A stretch of DNA of 64,000 nucleotides from Candidatus Poseidoniales archaeon (GTDB lineage: Archaea > Thermoplasmatota > Poseidoniia > Poseidoniales > Poseidoniaceae), in NCBI GenBank assembly GCA_003602605.1, contig QQRW01000040.1, positions 19,283 to 83,282 on the forward strand. The letters run 5' to 3'. This document shows, piece after piece, positions 9,571 through 20,038 of the stretch (positions are counted from its first letter, which is position 1; every line of letters begins with the position of its first letter). The notes below the pieces were generated by a model, which was given only the letters and a program-made list of their open reading frames with translations, made no database searches and was not told where the DNA came from. The position numbers and the translations under genes were made by a program.

Positions 9571-10608
9571 ATGGCAACCAAATCGAAGAAAAAAGCGAAA
9601 ACTGAACTTGAAAACAATGAAAGCCCTGCGGACAAAGCACCGGTAATGATGCCGACTGAAGAGGAAGTGCCTGAGCCACTTATCGAAGACCTTCCTGGCG
9701 TAGGGCCAGCAACCGCAGAAAAACTCCGAGAAGCCGGTTTTGATGACCTCCTCGCACTCGCAGTCATGTCACCCGGTGACCTTGCAGACCAAGCTGAACT
9801 TGGTGAAGCGGTTGCTACCAAAATTATCGGTGGCGCAAAGAAAATGGCAAACATTGGCGGATTCGTCTCAGGTGGCGCACTGCTCGAAAGACGACGTGAA
9901 GTCCTCAAACTAACCTCCAAAGTGGAATCCATTGACGACCTTTTAGGTGGCGGATTTGAAACTCAAGCATTGGTCGAGGTCTACGGTGCATTCGGCAGCG
10001 GTAAGACACAAATTGGCCACCAATTGGCTGTCAACTGCACTCTGCCGCTCGAAGAGGGTGGATTCGATGGCGATGTATTCTACATCGATACAGAAGATAC
10101 ATTCAGACCAGAGCGAATCACTCAAATGGCTCGCGGTCACGGACTTGACCCCGAGCAAGTATTGAGCAGAATCCACGTTGCTCGAGCATACAACTCAGCC
10201 CACCAAATGCTTCTGGTTGACGAAATTAAGAGAATGAGCAAGGGCCTCAATGTCAAGATGATCATTGTCGATTCACTCACCAGCCACTTCCGAGCAGAAT
10301 TCATCGGCAGAGGAATGTTGGCAAACCGCCAACAAAAACTCAACCGCCACTTGAAAGATTTGAAGCAACTTGCTGATGTGAACAACGCTCTGGTACTCGT
10401 CACCAACCAAGTTCACTCCAAGCCAGATGCAATGTGGGGCGACCCAACCAAACCTGTTGGCGGCCACGTGCTTGCCCACGCTTCGACCTTCCGCCTCTAC
10501 CTGCGCAAAGCAAAGGGTGGCCGACGAATCGCTCGACTGGTCGACTCACCGAACTTGCCAGATGGCGAGTGCGTCTACCAAGTGACACAAGAAGGTCTTC
10601 GTGACTGA
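9571..10608 (+). CDS. radA: DNA repair and recombination protein RadA
   Basis: HhH region [20 protein letters not shown], Walker [10 protein letters not shown], Walker B MIIVDSL, C-terminal core typical of RadA/Rad51. About 35 aa Lys/Glu-rich N-terminal extension if the ATG at 9571 is used. Confidence 0.92.
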   Translation: MATKSKKKAKTELENNESPADKAPVMMPTEEEVPEPLIEDLPGVGPATAEKLREAGFDDLLALAVMSPGDLADQAELGEAVATKIIGGAKKMANIGGFVSGGALLERRREVLKLTSKVESIDDLLGGGFETQALVEVYGAFGSGKTQIGHQLAVNCTLPLEEGGFDGDVFYIDTEDTFRPERITQMARGHGLDPEQVLSRIHVARAYNSAHQMLLVDEIKRMSKGLNVKMIIVDSLTSHFRAEFIGRGMLANRQQKLNRHLKDLKQLADVNNALVLVTNQVHSKPDAMWGDPTKPVGGHVLAHASTFRLYLRKAKGGRRIARLVDSPNLPDGECVYQVTQEGLRD

Positions 10609-10687
10609 TTGGTGATTGAAATTACCCCCTAAAACCACTGTTTGAGTGGTTCTCGGTGGCGGCACATTCAAGGGTGCTTGGGTGAGC

Positions 10688-11827
10688 ATGACCTACATGC
10701 GACACTTGATTGACAGAGTATTGGAACTGACAGAATCAGAAATGGCAGCACCTGCCACCGTCGCTCCTCCCATGGGTGAAGGCAGTGAAGTCGAACTAAA
10801 GGCTCTGCTCGAATCGCTTCAGCCTCGTATCCGCGTGTATGGTGTGGGTGGGGCTGGATGCAACGCTATTGGACGGTTGCATGCAGAGGGTTTGTTCGAA
10901 AACTCCTACGTGACCGGATACGCAATCAACACCGATGCGCAAGCTCTCTTGATGTCACCGATCGAAGAGAAAATACTGATTGGACGCACTGCTCGTGGTA
11001 GAGGTGCGGGTGGAGACCCAACGAAAGGCGAAGCAGCCGCTCTTGAATCGGAGTTGGCACTTCGTCGAATCACTAACGATACTCAACTGGCAATAATCAC
11101 AGCTGGAATGGGCGGCGGTTCAGGAACCGGTGCGGCAGGGCAAATCGCTCGATTGGCAAAACAACAAGGAGCCATGACGATCGCTGTAGTGACCTATCCA
11201 TTCCAATCGGAGGGGGCTCTTCGAAAGCAAAATGCCGAGTGGGGCCTCGAGCGTCTCCGAGAACACTGTGATACAATACTCGTCATACCGAACGAAAGAC
11301 TACTTGAAATTGAAGGGGTTAAGGACTTGCCAATTACCAGTGCATTCCGAGTTGGAGATGAACTTCTTGTACGCTCGATTACCGGAGTTGCTGAATTGCT
11401 TACAATTGATGGCATGGTAAATCTCGATTTCGAAGATCTTCGCTCCGTCATCAACTTTGGCAGTGGTGTGGCCATGATTGGCCTCGGTTCTGCATCAGGC
11501 CCTGGGAGGGCAGAAGCCGCAACAATGGAAGCACTTCACTCTCCATTGCTTGATATCGATGCATCAGATGCAAGAGGCGCCCTCATCAACGTCGTCGGTG
11601 GAGCGAGTCTAACATTAGGAGAGGCTGAACAATGTGCAAAAATCATCAAAAGTAAAATCTCTCCACACGCTCAAATTATCTGGGGTGCTGCAGTCAAAGA
11701 AGAACTTGAAGATGAATTGCGCGTCATGCTCGTGCTGACCGGAGTTAAGAGCGAACAAATTCATGGTGCCAGTGAAAACAGACAATTGCGCGCTTTGCGC
11801 AACCAGCAAATTGAATTCGTCAACTGA
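10688..11827 (+). CDS. ftsZ: Cell division GTPase FtsZ
   Basis: [17 protein letters not shown], tubulin signature [20 protein letters not shown]. The ORF track starts at GTG 10646; the ATG at 10688 is preferred. Confidence 0.9.
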   Translation: MTYMRHLIDRVLELTESEMAAPATVAPPMGEGSEVELKALLESLQPRIRVYGVGGAGCNAIGRLHAEGLFENSYVTGYAINTDAQALLMSPIEEKILIGRTARGRGAGGDPTKGEAAALESELALRRITNDTQLAIITAGMGGGSGTGAAGQIARLAKQQGAMTIAVVTYPFQSEGALRKQNAEWGLERLREHCDTILVIPNERLLEIEGVKDLPITSAFRVGDELLVRSITGVAELLTIDGMVNLDFEDLRSVINFGSGVAMIGLGSASGPGRAEAATMEALHSPLLDIDASDARGALINVVGGASLTLGEAEQCAKIIKSKISPHAQIIWGAAVKEELEDELRVMLVLTGVKSEQIHGASENRQLRALRNQQIEFVN

Positions 11828-12445
11828 TTACTTTATCGCGAAGTACAAGAACACGAGTAAGGCGGCAAGTCCACCGTACAAGATACCGTACTGCGTGTCG
11901 TCGAACTCCTTTGTAAGGTCAGGCTGATCGACGGGGCCCTCATGTTGTGTTCCAGGTAAAACCGTGCCATATGAATTCCACATATCTCCTTCAGAATTTC
12001 CGTTGCCATTGACTGCATTTCCGTGCAGAACAAAGTCCACGGTTGTCGTGTTGTCACTCGGCGCAGTCCAAGTCAAATTCCAACTGCGATATTGGTTTCC
12101 AGTTTCCGTATGGGTCCAGCCGTCATCGAGGAATTGGACTCGAGATTGGTTTTGAATCTCTATGGTACCATCGCTTATCAGAAATCGGAATCCGCCCTGT
12201 GCTGATTCAGAATGTTGTCCGGAATCTGCCTCAACACTCAATGTCAAATCATATGTAGCGTTGCTTTCAAACTCCGCAGGAAGCCCGAAAATGATGGGTT
12301 GGGTTGTGTTTGAATATCCTCCGTGGCATGCGCAACCGTTATCGGCTAAACTTCCAATTCCTGCGGGGGCACTCTGTATAGATGGAGAGCCAAGTGCAAC
12401 TACCAACACCAGCAGAGAAAATACGTACAGACCACTGAACCTCAT
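11828..12445 (-). CDS. Secreted, C-terminally anchored protein with a Reeler / 'choice-of-anchor V'-like domain
   Basis: Signal peptide, GCACHGG near the mature N-terminus, GGFRFL, WNLTWTAP, HGNAVNGNGNSEGD, C-terminal TM YGGLAALLVFLYFAI. Family name is from memory of the motif pattern only. Confidence 0.45.
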   Translation of the reverse strand: MRFSGLYVFSLLVLVVALGSPSIQSAPAGIGSLADNGCACHGGYSNTTQPIIFGLPAEFESNATYDLTLSVEADSGQHSESAQGGFRFLISDGTIEIQNQSRVQFLDDGWTHTETGNQYRSWNLTWTAPSDNTTTVDFVLHGNAVNGNGNSEGDMWNSYGTVLPGTQHEGPVDQPDLTKEFDDTQYGILYGGLAALLVFLYFAIK

Positions 12446-12604
12446 TTGACTTCAGTAACTACTGTCCGTGCGCCTCATATGACTCTTTCCAAATACATAC
12501 CCTTCTTACTTGATAATCTATCGCCAAAATGTGCGCTTGGATATCGCCACGAAAAAACATTCTTTCATGTAGTAGAAGGCGGATTTTGAAACGGAAGTGA
12601 AAGG

Positions 12605-13270
12605 ATGGGACCTTGGGATACTGCACCAGTTGTTCAGGAAGAAGATGAAGAAATCGATATATTTGCAGTACTTGGTGCGACTCCTCCGAATCGTACCGTA
12701 CCTCATACCGTCAATCAGCCGCCGCAGAGCAACTTCAATCACGACCCATTAGCCGCTTTCATGGATGATGACGAAGAAGAAACTCTTGTTGCCGACTCAC
12801 TGTTTGGGCTTGAAGAGGGGGCTGCGGGAATGCCCGGGCTCACCCCTGAAAACGCCCCAATGAATGAGCCCATTCAGAGTGACCCAGTATCCCAACACTC
12901 TCTATCCAACGAAGTAATTACCGAACTGCTCGAAGTTCTCGTCAAGAAAGAACTTCATGCACGAGCCGAACGGGGAGACAACTGGTTGGCCAACTTACCA
13001 GCAGAAGCACGAGCCGAGATTGAAACTGCCAAGGTGATTAAGGAAAAAGAAGCATACCACCTCTCGCTCATCATCGACATGGTCGGGGCGGGACAAGTAC
13101 GACCGTTTGCGACAGTACTTTCCACCGGAGATGGTGCACTACCGGTTAACCCACCTTCACACCTTGCCAAATCATGGTACCCGCTCTATGACGCACTGCG
13201 TGAACTTCTCATGCAGGCAATGAACTCATTATCAAAACTAAACATCGTTACGGGTAAAGCAAGCGCTTAA
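12605..13270 (+). CDS. Hypothetical acidic protein
   Basis: Acidic, probably disordered N-terminal half (EEDEEIDIF, DDDEEETL) and helical C-terminal half. No motif recognised. Confidence 0.45.
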   Translation: MGPWDTAPVVQEEDEEIDIFAVLGATPPNRTVPHTVNQPPQSNFNHDPLAAFMDDDEEETLVADSLFGLEEGAAGMPGLTPENAPMNEPIQSDPVSQHSLSNEVITELLEVLVKKELHARAERGDNWLANLPAEARAEIETAKVIKEKEAYHLSLIIDMVGAGQVRPFATVLSTGDGALPVNPPSHLAKSWYPLYDALRELLMQAMNSLSKLNIVTGKASA

Positions 13271-13650
13271 TCTTCGTGAAGTACGACGGTTGATGTGATA
13301 TCAACTTCAGTTAACATGTTGGAAACACTGCAGTACTTCTCGTGGCTTTTCTCCACAAGTCGTTCGACTAATTTTCGAGGAACATCTCCCTTCACATGGT
13401 ATTCGAGTTGAATAGATGTAAATACGCGCGGAGCGGATTCAGCTCTTGTACTGTCGATTTCGACCCAGACTTCGCTGAACGCTCTATCCTTGAGCCCACC
13501 AATGACATCGACAACAGAACAAGCCGCAACCATCTGCAGCGTGATTTGCATAGGTGTAGGCCCATTTTCCCAATCAATGTTTAGGCTTTGCTGATTTGAA
13601 TTGATGCACTTTAATCCGTACTCTCCGGTCCACTCGACACGTCCCTGCAT
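13267..13650 (-). CDS. OsmC/Ohr-family peroxiredoxin-like protein
   Basis: Size and two-Cys pattern (LQMVAACSVVDV ... HEKYCSVSNML) typical of OsmC. Confidence 0.7.
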   Translation of the reverse strand: MQGRVEWTGEYGLKCINSNQQSLNIDWENGPTPMQITLQMVAACSVVDVIGGLKDRAFSEVWVEIDSTRAESAPRVFTSIQLEYHVKGDVPRKLVERLVEKSHEKYCSVSNMLTEVDITSTVVLHED

Positions 13651-13687
13651 GGAGGTCCGTGGGGCGGTTCATTCTTGAAGGGGATGC

Positions 13688-14935
13688 ATGTGGGACAGAA
13701 TGATTGACATGGCAGGAACACCGGTAACAATGATGGATGGTAAACTCAGCATTCCAAATGACCCAATTATTCACTACATCGAAGGAGATGGCATTGGTAT
13801 CGACATTACCCCTGTCATGATGAAAGTTGTTGATGCCGCTGTTTCAAAGTCTTACAACGGTGAAAAGAGCATCGTATGGTCCGAAGTTCTCGCTGGTGAA
13901 AAAGCATTCAACGCTACTGGAGAATGGTTGCCACAAGCAACACTCGATGCTATGCGTACTGGCCTTGTTTCCATCAAAGGCCCGTTAACAACACCGGTTG
14001 GTGGAGGGATCCGCTCCCTCAACGTCGCACTTCGACAAAAACTCGATCTTTACGCATGCGTTCGCCCAGTACGATGGTACGACGGCACTCCGTCCCCAGT
14101 CAAATCGCCTGGCGATGTTGACATGATTATTTTCAGAGAAAACAGCGAAGATGTGTACGCCGGTATCGAATGGGAAGCCGGAAGCGACGGTGTCAAGAAA
14201 CTCATTGACTTTTTACAAAACGAAATGGGTGTTGACAAAATTCGATTCCCAAACACTTCCGGAATTGGAATTAAGCCAATTTCGCAAGAAGGAACTGCAC
14301 GTATTGTTCGTGCAGCATTCCAATATGCGATTGATAACGATAAAGAGAGCGTTACCCTTGTCCACAAGGGCAACATCATGAAGTTCACAGAAGGTGGGTT
14401 CCGTGATTGGGGATATTCTCTAGCCAAGGAAGAATTCGGTGCTGTAGAACTCGACGGGGGGCCATGGTGTACTTTTGAGAATCCAAACAACGGAAAAACA
14501 ATCCTCGTCAAAGATGTTATTGCGGATGCTATGCTCCAACAAATCATTACCCGTCCTGCTGAATATTCAGTGTTGACTACCATGAACCTCAACGGCGATT
14601 ACATTTCAGACGCCCTGGCTGCACAAGTTGGTGGAATTGGAATCGCTCCAGGCGCCAATATCAACTATGATACTGGCATTTCAATCTTTGAAGCAACACA
14701 CGGCACTGCTCCAAAGTACACCGGACAAGACAAAGTGAACCCAGGTTCACTTATTCTCTCCGCAGAAATGATGCTACGACATATGGGTTGGAGCGAGGCT
14801 GCTGACCTCATAGTCAAAGGAATGGAAGGAGCAATTTCTGCTAAAACTGTAACCTACGATTTTGAGCGTCTAATGGACGATGCAACACTACTCTCCTGCA
14901 GTGCCTTTGGCGATGCAATGATTTCGCACATGTGA
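13688..14935 (+). CDS. icd: NADP-dependent isocitrate dehydrogenase (prokaryotic homodimeric type)
   Basis: [40 protein letters not shown] (regulatory Ser context as in E. coli Icd), [22 protein letters not shown]. Confidence 0.92.
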   Translation: MWDRMIDMAGTPVTMMDGKLSIPNDPIIHYIEGDGIGIDITPVMMKVVDAAVSKSYNGEKSIVWSEVLAGEKAFNATGEWLPQATLDAMRTGLVSIKGPLTTPVGGGIRSLNVALRQKLDLYACVRPVRWYDGTPSPVKSPGDVDMIIFRENSEDVYAGIEWEAGSDGVKKLIDFLQNEMGVDKIRFPNTSGIGIKPISQEGTARIVRAAFQYAIDNDKESVTLVHKGNIMKFTEGGFRDWGYSLAKEEFGAVELDGGPWCTFENPNNGKTILVKDVIADAMLQQIITRPAEYSVLTTMNLNGDYISDALAAQVGGIGIAPGANINYDTGISIFEATHGTAPKYTGQDKVNPGSLILSAEMMLRHMGWSEAADLIVKGMEGAISAKTVTYDFERLMDDATLLSCSAFGDAMISHM

Positions 14936-14938
14936 GGC

Positions 14939-17900
14939 TCACTTGAGCCAAGCGTTCAGAGAACGACTGTTCTTCGCAATTCCGAAGCCGAATTGCTCTT
15001 CGAAAGCTCGTGCAACGAGAGTAAAGTCACCGTCTCGTGTCGCCACCAAAACAGTTCCAAGATCTTGCAGTGATTGAGTTGCCAATTGTGAAGCAATCTG
15101 CATGATTACCCGGTCAGGTGCTTCTGGATACACGTCTCGGCCATCGAGGACGGTACGGAGAGGTTCCCCCCGTGTACGCTTCATTGCAGTAATCTCTTCG
15201 TATATTTCTGTAGAATCACGCAAGAACTGTTCGATTGCTTCAACATTTTCGGTAGACTCGGCTTCTTTCTCTAAATCAAGATTGAGAGGTCGCCAAGTGT
15301 TGTAGTCCTTGAGAACATCCTCAACTAAAGAATCAATGGTTTTGGCACTGAAAATGTTGTCGAGTAATTCGGGAGATACGAGTGAATCATCGAATCGAGC
15401 CTTGAGATGCTGAATGCCTGAGGCAATTCCACGCAACTCTTGCTTGACGACGGAGGGCAACCACAAATGCAGTTTCTTATCCTTTGATTTACTCAACAGA
15501 ATTTTGTGGAAACTCCCCTGACCACGCACATCAAGACTTGCTTCACTTACCAGGTGTAGTTTCTCAGAAATGCGGTCAATCAATGCGTCGACGAGAATGT
15601 TCGTGTCAACGAGAACCAACGGAGCCAGTGAAAGATTGCGAAGGTAACGACGTGATGCATTCGGTATCAGTGCCTTGTTTATTGAAAACAATGATTTCTC
15701 AGCCTGTTGGAGCCTGCGGATTTCCGAATCTGTGAACAGTGAGCTGTTTTGAGCACGCTCAAGGAACATCAATCCATCAACCGGCCGTATCTTCGCCGCT
15801 TCACTTGCCAAGGTGTAGACTTCATCAGCAGATGGAGAGCCACCATGCATCAATTGATTGAACCGGACATCGAATGTGTTCTTTTGGCGGCGACGGTTCT
15901 TGTGAAGTGAATTGGTTGCTGCGGTAACACGGCCGCAAAACGGATCGGTTGGAAGCGGTCGAGGATGTTCAAGCGGGTATGTTTTCAGCATATCCAAATC
16001 GTCTTCAGCGTGGTACACGCGTAGCACTTGCACCATTTCACCTTCTTCGTTTTCTTCAGTAACCATGCGAGAACGCTTGACGAAATCCTTGAGGAGTTTC
16101 GTTGCCGAATTAGTATCTTTAGATTTAGCAGTATACGATACTCGTAAATACAGCTGGAATCGTTGGGTAATGGCGCTCTTCAATGCTGGTTGAGCATCGA
16201 GTAATTCAACGGCCTCACGCCATTGTTCCGCAAACGCAAGGTGAATCAGAGCCTTACGATAGAGTGTAAGGGAGTGTTCGTAATCAAAGTCCTCATGATC
16301 GCCGGCTTTTCTGTAATCTCTTGCAGCGTTCAATTCTTCATTGTTCGAAGCGTAAACTGCTGCACGAGCAAGGGTGTGCCACGGGGAAAGAGCATCATTA
16401 TGCTGATACCATCGGACAAGGGATGGGAGACCAATGTCGTGTTCGAATACCAAATGACGCACGCTGTGAATCATTCCAGTAGGTATGGATGGTTCGCTTA
16501 ATAGCGCGTTAAGCGTCTCGATGTTTTCAGAATTGGAATTACCGTGTTGAAGCATCAATCCAACATAATTGAGACGCAGTGTAGAGATTACTGCATTGAA
16601 CAAAATTCGTTCCATGACTGTCAAATCTGCTGCAAGAACACTCTGTTCGAGGTTCGAAAGATGGGTCGAGGAAGCTATTCCGCTGCCGCCATCTCGCAAC
16701 GCTTGACGAATAGGTCCGAAAGCACGTAGGCCTTGGCGGTCAAGTACCGTCGTGAGCCGCTCATCTTCGATGTTTTCACCTTCAAACAGCATCAACAATG
16801 CTTCAGAAGTTGAGGAAAAGGATTCGGGTGCATCAATACTGTGAATTTGAGAAAGTGCGGTTCGACGTGCCGCACGAACTTGCATCCAAAGTTCACTGTC
16901 GCTACCAGCATCAAGAAGGTGCGATACAAGGAGCGTTTCGTATGGGTGAGACATTGGAATAAGGTCATCCGAGGTAATAATTTGAGCAAGGAGTGATAAT
17001 TCCATGCTTTGAGTATAGATGTCGATGAGGAGAGGAAGCACTTTTTCATGCGCTTCAACTGATTCTGCTTTGAGATTCTTAGCGGATACAGAACGTATCT
17101 CGAGTGACAATGAGTCCATTTGTATGAGAGCAACCAAGGCACCGTCATCCAACACAGGTATCTGCTCTAACAACCACTGGTCGAGTTTCTCACTGGATAA
17201 GTCGGCCAAAAGAGGTGTAATTCGGGATAATTCGGTGTGCTGATCGAGTTTCAAACTGGTGAGCAACTGAACGGTTTCTTCAGTCTTTCCTTCCTTGTGA
17301 AGCGCGTTCAATCTCCACCACATTACCTTCTCAATTTGTGAAGCATTGGTGGTTTTCTCACGAAGAAGTTCTAATCCTTCAGTGAGTTGTTTCGAGGATA
17401 ATTTAGCTGCTTCATCGGGAGCGTTTTCCCAAGCCATAAGTTTTCGAATTGCAGCAAGGGAATGTCCTCCTTTGGCTGCTTTCGATTTCTTCCAGTCTGT
17501 TACATTCCCCTGGCTGAGGGCATAAAAGTCAGAAAGTTGTGAAGCCAACTCCTCGTCAACGGAACTAAGCGTTTTCAGTGGCACGGCAGGATCATTGCCA
17601 GATATCAGAGAAAGTAGCACGCTTAAGGCAGAGGCTTGGCCTTCCATACTCAACAATACTTTGGCTGGTTGTACTGAGCGCCCGGCTGAGAGTTGTGAAA
17701 CGACCGTTCGTAGGGCAACTTGTGATTCAGCATCGGTGATTGAAGGAGATATTGCCTCAATGGCAAGAATCAACTCTTCTGAATTGGCAGGATTGATAAA
17801 AGCCGAATCGAGTTTTACTTTCTTGCCAGCTTTTGATTTGGAAACTTTGGCCTTCGGGAAAGCAGCAAACTGAGCGAGAACTGCAGTTCGTTGAGCCAAA

Positions 17901-18340
17901 TCATGCCAGACAGGATGAACGCCCTTTTCGAGGCATGTTTCACGAAGTGATTTTTCAGTGACTTCCCATTCTTCATCCCATTCCTCCTTGTTGAGAAGTT
18001 TGTGAACCATCAATACGGCCAAGCGGTACGCGGGGGAAGAATCTGACGGCAGAAGCATTTCTTGTGCAGTTGGAAGCAAGTCCATCGGCCCCGTAGCGCC
18101 TCTTCCGCCCCGTCGACTTCGCCCACGTCCACCCTGCGTTCGACGGCGAGGTGTTGATTCAGAGTCTTCATCAGCTGCGGGCAGCTCTGTTTCAGCCAGT
18201 GCAAGAAGGAGAAGCGGTCGCCATGGTTTCTCAAGCAGTTGCCAGTCCGGTAACTTGACCACAATCGCTTGGCGGCGATTTTTCGTGATGTTCGTCTTGA
18301 ACGCTTCTTTGAGGCAGTTTGCTATGTACGTCTCTTGCAA
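14939..18340 (-). CDS. Large helical-repeat protein with N-terminal RGG box and C-terminal PIN nuclease domain
   Basis: RRRTQGGRGRSRRGGRG at about aa 65-82. Long helical body. The last 229 aa or so carry the PIN acidic quartet: LVLVDTNILVD, VVKQELRG, EAPDRVIMQ, VATRDGDFTLVA. Confidence 0.65.
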   Translation of the reverse strand: MQETYIANCLKEAFKTNITKNRRQAIVVKLPDWQLLEKPWRPLLLLALAETELPAADEDSESTPRRRTQGGRGRSRRGGRGATGPMDLLPTAQEMLLPSDSSPAYRLAVLMVHKLLNKEEWDEEWEVTEKSLRETCLEKGVHPVWHDLAQRTAVLAQFAAFPKAKVSKSKAGKKVKLDSAFINPANSEELILAIEAISPSITDAESQVALRTVVSQLSAGRSVQPAKVLLSMEGQASALSVLLSLISGNDPAVPLKTLSSVDEELASQLSDFYALSQGNVTDWKKSKAAKGGHSLAAIRKLMAWENAPDEAAKLSSKQLTEGLELLREKTTNASQIEKVMWWRLNALHKEGKTEETVQLLTSLKLDQHTELSRITPLLADLSSEKLDQWLLEQIPVLDDGALVALIQMDSLSLEIRSVSAKNLKAESVEAHEKVLPLLIDIYTQSMELSLLAQIITSDDLIPMSHPYETLLVSHLLDAGSDSELWMQVRAARRTALSQIHSIDAPESFSSTSEALLMLFEGENIEDERLTTVLDRQGLRAFGPIRQALRDGGSGIASSTHLSNLEQSVLAADLTVMERILFNAVISTLRLNYVGLMLQHGNSNSENIETLNALLSEPSIPTGMIHSVRHLVFEHDIGLPSLVRWYQHNDALSPWHTLARAAVYASNNEELNAARDYRKAGDHEDFDYEHSLTLYRKALIHLAFAEQWREAVELLDAQPALKSAITQRFQLYLRVSYTAKSKDTNSATKLLKDFVKRSRMVTEENEEGEMVQVLRVYHAEDDLDMLKTYPLEHPRPLPTDPFCGRVTAATNSLHKNRRRQKNTFDVRFNQLMHGGSPSADEVYTLASEAAKIRPVDGLMFLERAQNSSLFTDSEIRRLQQAEKSLFSINKALIPNASRRYLRNLSLAPLVLVDTNILVDALIDRISEKLHLVSEASLDVRGQGSFHKILLSKSKDKKLHLWLPSVVKQELRGIASGIQHLKARFDDSLVSPELLDNIFSAKTIDSLVEDVLKDYNTWRPLNLDLEKEAESTENVEAIEQFLRDSTEIYEEITAMKRTRGEPLRTVLDGRDVYPEAPDRVIMQIASQLATQSLQDLGTVLVATRDGDFTLVARAFEEQFGFGIAKNSRSLNAWLK

Positions 18341-18446
18341 AATAACCCCCCCTGCCCTCTTGGCTCCACCTACCCGCCTTCAACCCACCGGCATGGCCTT
18401 CATGAAATCAACCGACAAATAAAGAGGCAAATATCTGCGAACAACA

Positions 18447-18950
18447 ATGAACAAAGAACGTTTGGCATGGAATGGGAGCGAAATGGATCCGGTTCGAGTA
18501 GTAATTTTGCTCCTTCATCCACTTCTCGCATCTGGGCTACTGGTATGGATTTGGTGGCAGTATTCTTGGCGAAAAAAAAGCCACGAACTCAAAGGTGAAC
18601 TACGAAAAACTGCTCTTGCAAACCATGAACGAAATGGAAACCGGCTTGTTTGGGCAACATTTGTTGTCATTTGCATCGCATTCATCAGCCGGGGCATTAC
18701 CGCTTGGCGTGATGGAGAAGATGTGTTAACATCACTCGTACCAGGAAGTCTTCATGGGTTCATGGGCCCGGTCGGATTCGTGCTTCTGTTCATACTGGCT
18801 CGTATGGGGCGACAGGCTCGAGATGCCCGGAAAGAAGGAAAGAAGTTCAAGCACATAGCAATGCGTCATGGTAGAGCGGCTGATCTCGTGGTCGTTCTCG
18901 TTTTCTTGCATGCTTTTTTGGGATTTTTGTATATTTTTGCGATACTGTAA
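18447..18950 (+). CDS. Four-helix integral membrane protein (DUF4079-like, weak call)
   Basis: Four hydrophobic helices with conserved-looking His (LLHPLL, SLHGFMGP, VFLHAFLGF). Confidence 0.4.
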   Translation: MNKERLAWNGSEMDPVRVVILLLHPLLASGLLVWIWWQYSWRKKSHELKGELRKTALANHERNGNRLVWATFVVICIAFISRGITAWRDGEDVLTSLVPGSLHGFMGPVGFVLLFILARMGRQARDARKEGKKFKHIAMRHGRAADLVVVLVFLHAFLGFLYIFAIL

Positions 18951-18951
18951 G

Positions 18952-19950
18952 TCATTCAATAGCAAGAACAACACTTCGATTTTTCCACGCCTCAATCCAC
19001 AATTCGAGATTTGATTCGACTCCTGGTGGCTGGATCCGACATCCACAAGCATTGGCATGACCGCCCCCAGTCGGATCAAACATCGTCGCTAAGCGAGACA
19101 AATCAAATCTATTCTGCCCGTTTTCGAGAAATGAATTTGCGTAGAAACTAGCGGAGAGTGCTGGACGTTCAGGTGTTTCAATCGAGCCGTCCGCATAGCC
19201 ATGAATAATGCAGCACGCATCTGCCCTGTCTCCCGCCCACGCAGTAACCAGATATCCATTAGAGCGAACTCCTTTCTCATCCATACGGCAGATAGCTAGA
19301 CGATCAATAATTTCGGTATGTTGCTCGACGACTGCTTGTGCAGCTATGCGTTCATCACGTGCTCGTTTGATGTGCGGTATGATGTCTTTATCGGCCAGAA
19401 CTTCTGATAACAATGCGCCCTGGGAAAAGAGGTTGAGCACATGATGCATGTGTTCTGTTTCACGTAAAGAAAGTGAACGCGCAAGTTGCAGTACCGGTCC
19501 GTCTTGAATAAAATCTTCTCTTCGTATTTGACCCGAGTCAAGTGCATCAACGATGGGCATTATTTCTTCAAGGTGTGTCAAGTCGATATAGGGGCTCAAT
19601 ACATCAAATGCTAACCTTGCAGCTGAAGGCGTCGATTCCCAGTGACAGGTTCCGCCTTGTGAAATGAAGAGTTTCTCCTCCTCTTCATTGGGGCGGTTGG
19701 TTTGATGGTGGTCGAGATACCAACCACAATCCGGGTGAAATGGCAAGTCAACCATCGCAGTAGAACGGTCGATCAATTCATCCAAAGCACCGGAACGAAC
19801 GAGCGCCGCATGTGCGAAATGGACCTCTGCATCTGGATTCGCAGCCTTGAGTACTGCTGCTGCACATAAGCCGTCAAGGTCGGAGTCTGCGATTATTCGC
19901 TCGAAATCAGGAAGACCTGCTTTTTCTAACGGCGATGGAGGTTGAGGCAT
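18952..19950 (-). CDS. DHH-family phosphoesterase with DHHA1-type GGGH motif
   Basis: DSDLDGLCAA (DxD), YLDHHQT (DHH), GGGHANACG (DHHA1). The ATG at 19950 is preferred over the TTG at 20004. Confidence 0.7.
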   Translation of the reverse strand: MPQPPSPLEKAGLPDFERIIADSDLDGLCAAAVLKAANPDAEVHFAHAALVRSGALDELIDRSTAMVDLPFHPDCGWYLDHHQTNRPNEEEEKLFISQGGTCHWESTPSAARLAFDVLSPYIDLTHLEEIMPIVDALDSGQIRREDFIQDGPVLQLARSLSLRETEHMHHVLNLFSQGALLSEVLADKDIIPHIKRARDERIAAQAVVEQHTEIIDRLAICRMDEKGVRSNGYLVTAWAGDRADACCIIHGYADGSIETPERPALSASFYANSFLENGQNRFDLSRLATMFDPTGGGHANACGCRIQPPGVESNLELWIEAWKNRSVVLAIE

Positions 19951-20038
19951 AACGACATGCGTGTGCACGCTGCTCAAGAAGGTTATCGGAAACCATTTCG
20001 CCAAAATTGACTTGACCTATCGTCTATCTGCTCTGTCC

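Noticed and set aside
9519-9932. 137-aa minus-strand ORF
   Set aside because: It is antisense to radA, which is unambiguous.
12330-12350. CACH in the secreted protein as a c-type haem attachment site
   Set aside because: The motif is C-x-C-H, not C-x-x-C-H, so covalent haem c binding is not supported.
14050-14592. 180-aa minus-strand ORF
   Set aside because: It is antisense to icd.
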